From Ginkgo biloba (Eukaryota; Plantae; Ginkgophyta): 31,385 nucleotides of DNA. Positions 22,831 to 31,385 of the stretch are shown in pieces. The position numbers and the translations under genes are program-made. The notes below the pieces were generated by a model, which made no database searches, was not told the DNA's origin, and worked only from the letters and a program-made list of their open reading frames with translations. Location of the stretch: assembly GCA_024626585.2 (NCBI GenBank), contig JANKJI020000002.1:170612822-170644206 (forward strand), in the 5' to 3' direction. The first letter of the stretch is position 1. Every line of letters starts with the position of its first letter.

Positions 22831-24076
22831 GGTCATATTGCTATGGTCTTCCCAATATTATATGACAAGCATCTATCGATAGTATGTCACACCATACTCT
22901 ATCATTATAATTCTCTATTTATATGGCTATAAGACACTTCTCTTTGATAGTGATCTCACCACCTTTCTTGAACCTTGATATTCAGTATGGCGTCTCATGT
23001 CTTTATCAGTGCAGTCCCAACTTCCTGACCATCTCCTTGGATACCATATTCTCATAAATTTCTCTATCAATAATCACATCATAGACTCTGTCCCTCGACA
23101 TACATTTGATTCTAAAAATATTCTTTCTCTAGTCTATGCCAGTTATCACATTCTGGTTGTCGTTGTCACCCATTCCACTATTGGATGGTTGACAATCTTC
23201 TTCTTTGGTCAACTTTTCTTTGTCTTTCATTTTCCAATATTCCACTTTCCTCTTGATGGTTGTCAATTTATTATCTAATGATAATAATATTCTCTATGTT
23301 GGTATGCTCAGGCTTACCTCCTCTTGTTCCAAATTCACTCTAGATCCTTTTGACCTTGGCTTGCCATCATCCTGTCTTAGATACTCGAAGGCTTTATGAT
23401 ATACTTTGTCAACAATATTAACATAATGCATTTCTATCTCATTCTGAATGGTGTAATTTATACCATTTACATACCTCATCTCTAACTGTTCTTCATTTTT
23501 CTTATGATTACTATAGATAGATAGTCTAAAGAACTCATTAGTGTACTATGGCATATGCTTTTATCTCTACCTCAGGTTCTAAAATTATTTGAATAGTCTC
23601 TATTCATAGTCGATGTGTAGGATTTACCTTTAAGCTTCTCTACCATCTTTTTCAAAGTCCAAATTTTCTCCTTACCCTTNNNNNNNNNNNNNNNNNNNNN
23701 NNNNNNNNNNNNNNNNNNNNNNNNNNNNNNNNNNNNNNNNNNNNNNNNNNNNNNNNNNNNNNNNNNNNNNGGGATCTTCCATCTCTTCCCAATCAAAGTA
23801 CTTCTCCATTGATCTAACCTAATCCAATAGTTCTTCATGATTCAAACCTCCACCAAATCTTAGAAACTCTACTCTTACTCCACCATAGTTATTCTTCAAC
23901 AATCTAGACAACAGATCTTCTGTATTTAGTCTAGGGTATTTTGGTTCTTCACATTCCAGTTTTGATTCCTCATTATCTATTGATCTTCATCTCCTCAACT
24001 CATTTTCAAGGCCCTCAACCTTTCTTACTAAGGTTTCCACTACTTGAATAAGTTCCCTGCCAATTTTGGGTGCCAT
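22831..24076 (-). mobile_element. CRM-type Ty3/gypsy gag-protease remnant
   Basis: From ATG 24076: MAPKIGRE...FGGGLNHEELLD*VRSMEKYFDWEE...KGKEKIWT.KKMVEKLKGK...YTNEFFRL...RYVNG (gag); RKNIFRIKC...DVIID...NMVSKEMVRKLGL...HETPY...DRVWCDILSIDACHIILGRP*QYD (protease). Confidence 0.93.
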
Positions 24077-24132
24077 TTTGTGTACTTTATAGCAACTAAT
24101 ATTGTCCAACTATACTCTCAATGAGAAACTAT

Positions 24133-24529
24133 GCTATGATACTAACTAATGTAGGGAAGCAATAAGTTGCTGATAGATGACACTTTGTAGGAAACTCATC
24201 GATAAAAATTCAACCAATAAATATAGAACTACCTCTAGGACCTCAATAGATAGGTCTCACCAATGGCATCGATGAACCCCTAACTGGGATGTCATAGCCT
24301 ATCCTATCGATTATAATTCTCACTAGCACAAACATAAAATATCTAACTAGAAATGGTGATTATGCTAACAAAGCACCCGAATACTCAATGAACTCATTAT
24401 AAGGAAAACTCAACCTATGAAGGCACACACACATAACTTGAGATAATGTTTTTAATTAGAGAAACTATCTCAGAGAATAAAACTCTAGATGTAATTAATC
24501 CATAACCATCAGTCTTTACAATAGCCAAA
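24133..24529 (-). mobile_element. Met-initiator PBS (24133-24144) and 3' part of the 5' LTR of the CRM-type element
   Basis: Minus-strand TAGTATCATAGC is a decayed TGGTATCAGAGC. It lies 2 nt after an LTR end CCTACATTA (decayed ...CATCA) at 24147 and ~57 nt upstream of the gag ATG. Confidence 0.75.
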
Positions 24530-25365
24530 NNNNNNNNNNNNNNNNNNNNNNNNNNNNNNNNNNNNNNNNNNNNNNNNNNNNNNNNNNNNNNNNNNNNNNN
24601 NNNNNNNNNNNNNNNNNNNNNNNNNNNNNTGTTAGATTTTCACTATGGAGTTTCTATCCACTCCAACCATTCAACACCTCTGTCAAAATTCCTTCCATTG
24701 ATATCCTTGTCTACTAGCTCTCCCCTCATCCTTATCTCTATTATTTACTGATCCCCATCCTAATGGGATTTATCATCACTAAGCTTCATTGAAATCTTTC
24801 CTCCAAATACCTAAGTGGGTTTATAACATAGAATCAATATCAACTTACAAACCTTAGCAAACTTCTCAATGCCTTCTCCTTCAAATTTTACACTTAGCAT
24901 TCTATCAGTATTCTCCCCTCACCTCTTCTCTTCATTGAACTTACTATAATCTTCCCCTTCACACCAATTATCTACCAATTGATATCCTTTAGGCTCTTCT
25001 CCCACTAAATACAAAACCTCCTCACCCACTAAATTGAATAAATCCTTACCCACTAAACCCCTTCTAAATATTATTTTGGGATTATATTCTTTTCATTTAT
25101 ATTTCTTTGGGTTCCAATGCTTCCTCCCAATGGTTAGTGAGGTTCATTATAGTTTCAATTACTCTCACCATTAATATTCTTACAATAAACATCTCCTACT
25201 AAGGTGTATCCTCCTCCTATTCTGGTGTAGCCTGGTGGTTATGCCATTAAGTCCACCTAAGAATCCACCTCAAGCACCATATTTCTCCTACTCTTGGATT
25301 ATTTCATTATTAGAAGTGTTATTACCTACTATATTTAATGTAAAAGTGCAAGATTCTTACTTCAA

Positions 25366-26107
25366 TGACCCTAGCTTTATCTACTAGCTTCCATTGATAT
25401 CTGTTTTAATTTCTCAAAATGACCATATTAGTCATCCAAAATGCTTGCCACCTTTCCCTTCATTGGTCTTCTATGGCTATGTGCATTTTATTCTATTGGG
25501 GCTTTCTATTGTTGGCTGTCACTCATCGTCTGTCGATGACAATTTTGCTTCTCCTTTCATCCCCTTGTTTGAGTTGCCATTTTCTTTGAAGTCATCTATT
25601 TATATACTAGATGTCACTTTTTTGTCATTATCAGTCGTCGGTACTTCCATCTTCCCTTCATCTGATGACTACCTCATATTAGTGATATATTTCTACCTTT
25701 CTCCTATGGCCTTCATTGTACCAATTCCTCTCTAGAAAATACTCTAACATGTTCTTTATCGGGTGCTTCCGCCTATTTCTTCACTAACGCCATGCCTTTG
25801 GATTCCCTTATTAGTGGTCGTTCCTCCATTGCCATACCTTGGCTTGTTCCTTCAAAAATACTTGGTGTTCTTTCGACATATAATCACCAACTTTCTCATT
25901 AGGATTCTCCATCGGTATTAGTCATGTATTCCTTGTTAGTGACACCATTCCCTTTAGTGGCACTCATTGTCTTATCATTATCAGTGATTTTATTTTCTAA
26001 AATTCCTTTTTGGTGAGTTTATTTACCAACTATAGCCTTTTTATCGACTCTATCAAAACGTAATAAAATTTGCACTCTGACAAGTGATATCGGGATGCTC
26101 CTGCATC
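25366..26107. repeat. Diverged direct repeat, copy A (probably retroelement-derived)
   Basis: Aligns by eye in blocks with 28151-28876, e.g. GTGACACCATTCCCTTTAGTG / GTGACACCATCCCCTTTGGTG and identical TGAGTTTATTTACCAACTA. Confidence 0.85.
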
Positions 26108-28150
26108 AAAAGGGATCTATATGACATGAAGTAGGGAGTTGATATTTATAGCATGAAGATATTAAGGGGGGTCTGCTTGAAAATTGAAGACAAACCATAT
26201 GATTTTGAGGATGATTCATGGAATTTTTTGAATTCAAAGACACACTACAACTCAAACAAAAAAATAACTACATTGCACTAGGATGCAAATTTGTTAAAAA
26301 TCCNNNNNNNNNNNNNNNNNNNNNNNNNNNNNNNNNNNNNNNNNNNNNNNNNNNNNNNNNNNNNNNAGTTCAATACAAATAATTATTGGAAGAGGTAGAT
26401 AAAACTGAAGCCTCTAGAATAGTTGGGGACTTTTGAAATGAAGATCTCTAAGAAGGGTCTAATTTGGACTTGGATAAATTATGTCATAGTGATAGTGCCA
26501 ATGAAGAAGACTTTGTGCACTCAACAAAGGAAGGACATGAAGATACAATGAATTTTAGCAAAGCTAGAGAAGTAGCTAAAACACAACCAAAAGATGCAAT
26601 AAGAACTCCCTCACTATCACACAATAAGCCATATACTCCCAACATTAAGAATACACATAGGTAGAAGGAGGCACAATTGAATGAATCTATAAATATTAAG
26701 AGAAAGTCTTTGTAAGACCTAAAAGGGCTCACTAAGGGATTTTATGCATGACCTTATGGAAGTGAGCAATAGGAGGCACAAATGCACAAGGTTGCAACAA
26801 GGCAAGTTGAGGCATAAAGTTGTGACAATGTAACATCAAAAAAAAAATGTAAGAAGCACAACATGAGGTAAACATACACATAATTATGGTCATGCAAGAA
26901 TATGCACATAGACAAGGAATCGCACCATCATACATTAGGGCTAGCTCACAACTAGAGATGACTATGTAGGATTCTACACATGGGAAAATTGATGCTACCG
27001 GCAAGAAAAGGGAAACAAAAGTACACACTGATGTATCAAGCCCACATGAATCACAAATAATATAACTTAATGCACTTAGATGTGATTTTAAGTATATGCT
27101 TCACCATATTTAGACTGAAGCNNNNNNNNNNNNNNNNNNNCAAGAAATTAAAATCACAAGTCCAATTTGACTTGCATGATACTAAGAATGACAAGATGAT
27201 ATTATCCAAGACTAAGCAAGGGACATAATACAAAGCACCATAATTAGGCCCAAAAGATATGGACATCCAGGAGGTGCATCTAGGCACTTTGGATTTGACA
27301 CTCAAAGGTGTCATCAATTTGTAAAAGGGAGGATACAAGATAGTTCCCTAGAAGTTGGAGGACTACAAAATTAATAACACAAAACTCAAGGCCTCCCTTG
27401 CACACTAGCATAAACTACTTCTTTATTAATCAAGAAAATATGAAGGTCCTAAAGAAGTCAACTTGCAAGCACAAATGGTTATAGATGAATGTTGAATACA
27501 TAGCCTGAAAGGGAAGGGCAATTTGCATGGTGTACACAGACTAGGGAAATCGATAACCAAAGATAGACGGTTGTAGATCAAGATTAGGGAAATATGTCAT
27601 TGCTTTGGTGATTTAGTGGCCGTAGAGCAACGATCCACCATCTTGTAGGAATAGTATCAAACAAACAGGCAACTGTAGCGCTCGAAACCCACTCCTGGTG
27701 AAGGGGAGGACATTTTGAAAATTCTAGACCAAAAGAAGCAAACGACGCTCTAGGAGACTAAGGCCATCCTTAATATTTCGCCCATGTTGACTAAACAAGA
27801 TATGGATAAACTACTGATGGAACCAACAAGGGTTCAGTCTCATCTATTCGTGTTTGCCAAATCTTTGGAGGCTAAAACCGAAGATCTAAGGGAGTAGCGC
27901 GATTCGATCAATTTTGTCACCACCACACTAGAACCAACATACCAAGCATTAGACCGGACAGGACCCTCCACTTCAAATCCGCCCAACTAATTTCACAATT
28001 TTTAAATTTCGTGGAAGAAAGTTCCTCTAAGGGTCGGATAAATGTATAAANNNNNNNNNNNNNNNNNNNNNNNNNNNNNNNNNNNNNNNNNNNNNNNNNN
28101 NNNNNNNNNNNNNNNNNNNNNNNNNNNNNNNNNNNNNNNNNNNNNNNNNN

Positions 28151-28876
28151 TGGCCCTACCTTCATCCATTGGATTCCATTAGCATATTTTTCGGTTCTTC
28201 AAAACAACCATTTTGGTCATACAACATGCTTTCCAACTTTCCCATCATCAGTGTTCTCTAACAGTGTCAATTTCCTTCTATTGATAACACTATTCCCTTT
28301 GGTAGTGATAACTATTTCTCCTCTAAGGAATGATAGTGTCAAACATCTTCCTATCTATTATCATTAGACTTCCTTTTGATGATGTTAGATGATGGTTTGA
28401 GCTTACTATTTAGAACTCATCTTCATCTTTGGAATTTCTCTCCAACGGTGTCAGGTGATGATGTGCTCTGCTATCATACTTTATTACCTTACCTCCCAAC
28501 TACCTCTGTCAATGCTTATTTCAATTTCCTTCTTGTCCTCATGGTGCTTCCATCATATTCTCTTCTCATCAAACTACCTTTTCCCTAGCACATCCAATGA
28601 TATGATCTCCTATTAGGTGCTTCTTTCTATTTATTCACTGAAGCCATTCCTTCGTACTTTCTCATCGAGCTTCTTCATTAGTGATATCCTTCTATTCCTT
28701 ATCAGTGACACCATCCCCTTTGGTGTAACTTTCTATGTTATCAGTATTAGTAAGCTTATTATTTTAAAATTCCTTATCGATGAGTTTATTTACCAACTAC
28801 ATCCTTTCTATTAGCTCTGCCAAAACTTTATAAAATTTTCACTTTGATGAGTGCGATATGGATTCTCCTACATGAT
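28151..28876. repeat. Diverged direct repeat, copy B
   Basis: Homologous to 25366-26107, with a deletion of roughly 90 bp near 28655; bounded by N-gaps on both sides. Confidence 0.85.
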
Positions 28877-28969
28877 NNNNNNNNNNNNNNNNNNNNNNNN
28901 NNNNNNNNNNNNNNNNNNNNNNNNNNNNNNNNNNNNNNNNNNNNNNNNNNNNNNNNNNNNNNNNNNNNN

Positions 28970-29918
28970 CCTTAGTAATCCAAGGGTTGTCTTCTTGAGG
29001 TAATCCTATTCACTTCACCAAATATCTAGTGTAGCTTCCCCTTCTATTCTTTGCAACATTCTTGTCCAATACTTATTCAATTTTCTCTTTCTTCTTTCTC
29101 GGCACTTGCCACTTCCAGTCAACCTCTATTTATTATGGTTCTTCTTATCCTTAGAATTTGTATAAATAAGAAATATTAAATACTGAAGAAATATCATNNN
29201 NNNNNNNNNNNNNNNNNNNNNNNNNNNNNNNNNNNNNNNGTTATCCAACACGATTAGATTTTCGTATATTTTAACTTATCGTAAGTTCTTGTTAGAAACC
29301 TATCCTTTCTCAGGAATACCATGACTATGTATTCAACTTTAAATTATTTATGTCGATGATGCTAATCCACTACCAAATTATATCCTATATTGCTCTTATC
29401 TAGATGTTACTTTACCTCCTTATGAATTTTCTTCAGGTGCTCTGCCATTACTTTANNNNNNNNNNNNNNNNNNNNNNNNNNNNNNNNNNNNTTCCACCAA
29501 GTCCACTATAGTCTTTGGAATTATTCCATACATAATCTGGAAATGTATTAACCATGTTGACCTATTCTTCGAGTTATTATATGAAAACTCAACTTGTGTA
29601 GTGTCAAATCTTATTGTTTAGGTTTTTTTCCTGCCAAAATCTATAATAAGTTTCCTAATGACTAATTCATAACCTCTATCTATCCATCAGTCTATGGGTG
29701 GTATGAACTTCTATACTATATCTTGGTGTCCAAATTCCTCCACATCATTTTCAAAAAATAACTCAAGAATTTACTATCACTATTGAAAGTGATGCTCTTC
29801 GATAACCCATACAATCAGACTACTTCCCAAAAAAATAGATTTATTATCTAACTTGCATGATTTATCTTCTTGCAAGGAATAAAATATTCCATCTTTGAAA
29901 ATCAATCCATAAATATAA
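28970..29918 (-). mobile_element. CRM-type integrase core, GPY/F region and chromodomain remnant
   Basis: D*FSKMEYFIPCKK...LFFWEVV*LYGLSKSITFNSDSKFLSYF...SSYHP*TDG*IEVMN*SLGNLL; AEHLKKIHKEVK...VMVFLRKDRFLTRTYDKLK; DISSVFNISYLY; KIE*VLDK...RYLVK*IGLPQEDNPWI (chromodomain). Confidence 0.92.
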
Positions 29919-31385
29919 NNNNNNNNNNNNNNNNNNNNNNNNNNNNNNNNNNNNNNNNNNNNNNNNNNNNNNNNNNNNNNNNNNNNNNNNNNNNNNNNNN
30001 NNNNNNNNNNNNNNNNNNTGGATTGAATACAAAAAAAAATCCTCTATTATGGATCTAGATGCTACATTTTAGGTGGCCTTGCTTCTAGTTGGTTGGGTCT
30101 AGGATTATATTCTAGTATTTCCTTCATATTCAAGTCCTTGGAATCCTTCTACATATACTACTTATGTTCCAACTACTTTTGTACTTGATAAATTAACCTT
30201 AAATCATTTTGAACCCAAAACATGGATCCTTGAAACTCTTCAATTGGAGTAGGTAAACCTCTTTATGGATGGTTTTATTCTACTCTAATCACTTATTTCC
30301 TTTAAAAATATAATGGAATTAATAAAGGATGAGGTTGGTAGGTCATTCTTATCCAATTATGTTGTGAAGCTGAAGCATAACGAACAACCCACAAGAATGT
30401 GAGTAGAATACTTTGGGATTTAAGTTCACCTAAGGAGATAAATTACATAATTCAAGAAAAGTAAATAATAAGTAATATTGATATTATCAAAATTATATAA
30501 TGAATGGAAGGATCTACCTTTTATTAGAAATAATTCTCTCTATCTATCTCATTAATGAGAATAAGATGATTATAGGAATAGTAAACCTAATTCCAAATTT
30601 GAAAGTGTTTATCTGCGTCACTTTCTATGATTACATGATATCTAAAAATAGTTAATATCTTATTTATAAAGTAAATCCTATCCTAAATGAATGGTGATTG
30701 GAAAGTGTCCACCTTAGAGGTAATAAAGAATTAAATAATGATACTAATCTAAATAATTAATTACTCATAAATAATAAGTGTTAACTAAGTGCATCATTGG
30801 AATTAGTTATATAATTATATGATAATAAAATGAATAATTAATTTAAAATTATTTTTTGGAATATAAGAGGTCATTTATGGTTGAACATGCAACACATCAA
30901 ATCCTCCCTATGCAATTTATGATGGTCCCCATGACAATCAAAATTGGTATGGTAGACTCTAAATTTTCACAAAGGAGGAAAACAAATGTTAGGAATACCA
31001 AGTGAAGTTACTAAAAATGAATGTATGGAATAGGAAGTATAATGTGGAGGTGAATTATTACTAAGTGAAAAAAGGAATCTCCTTGCCCTTTGATTATGCC
31101 AAGGTATAGTATGCTCCCAAAGTTGAAGAGGAATGAGGCATAAGAAGACAAGTTATGGTTCCCTTAGAATCTTTATTAGAGGTGATGCAACTTATGATCC
31201 ATTTATATAATACTTCTATTTTATAGAATAATAATTTCTTTAAAGAATAATTCAATGCTATAAAAATGTGTAGGACACCTCCTTATCCTTGTGGTTTGCA
31301 TGGGTTTCCATTGGAAAAGTTGTGTGATAGGAGTAGGTTCAAACACTTGAAATAACTCATTAGTACTTATATTATTGAGTGCATA

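Noticed and set aside
13519-24529. One large CRM element (gag at 24 kb, integrase at 14 kb) that captured the tRNA genes
   Set aside because: I see no similarity between the 5' LTR at 24147+ and the 3' LTR region left of 13519, CpG decay differs, and several N-gaps intervene.
30300-31385. AT-rich LTR-like sequence (also 3000-3500, 11690-12500, 21900-22700)
   Set aside because: Probably TE-derived, but no termini, PBS or domains could be identified with confidence.

Overview
AT-rich, CpG-depleted plant nuclear DNA, most likely from a gymnosperm/conifer. That assignment is inferred from a pine-like CCR sequence and chromodomain-bearing CRM-type retroelements. The window has about 30 N-gaps and no intact protein-coding gene. 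Most of it is a mosaic of decayed Ty3/gypsy LTR-retrotransposon pieces: two copies of one Athila/Tat-like pol in opposite orientation, a third gypsy pol, CRM-type gag-protease and integrase/chromodomain fragments, and LTR, PBS and PPT remnants. Three non-LTR features stand out. (1) An intronless, inactivated cinnamoyl-CoA reductase (CCR) retrocopy at 8461-9032 is fused through an 8-nt microhomology to an antisense LTR fragment. (2) A CpG-retaining island holds an intact tRNA-Asp(GUC) gene with TATA and Pol III terminator, in tandem with a tRNA-Gly(GCC) pseudogene carrying an 11-nt deletion. (3) A short non-autonomous Helitron with both termini intact lies at 20766-21395. One LTR carries a dense cluster of DRE/CRT (ACCGAC) motifs. 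I found no evidence for a wholly new biological system; the findings are structural observations and testable hypotheses. All translations and alignments were done by eye against recalled family consensus sequences.
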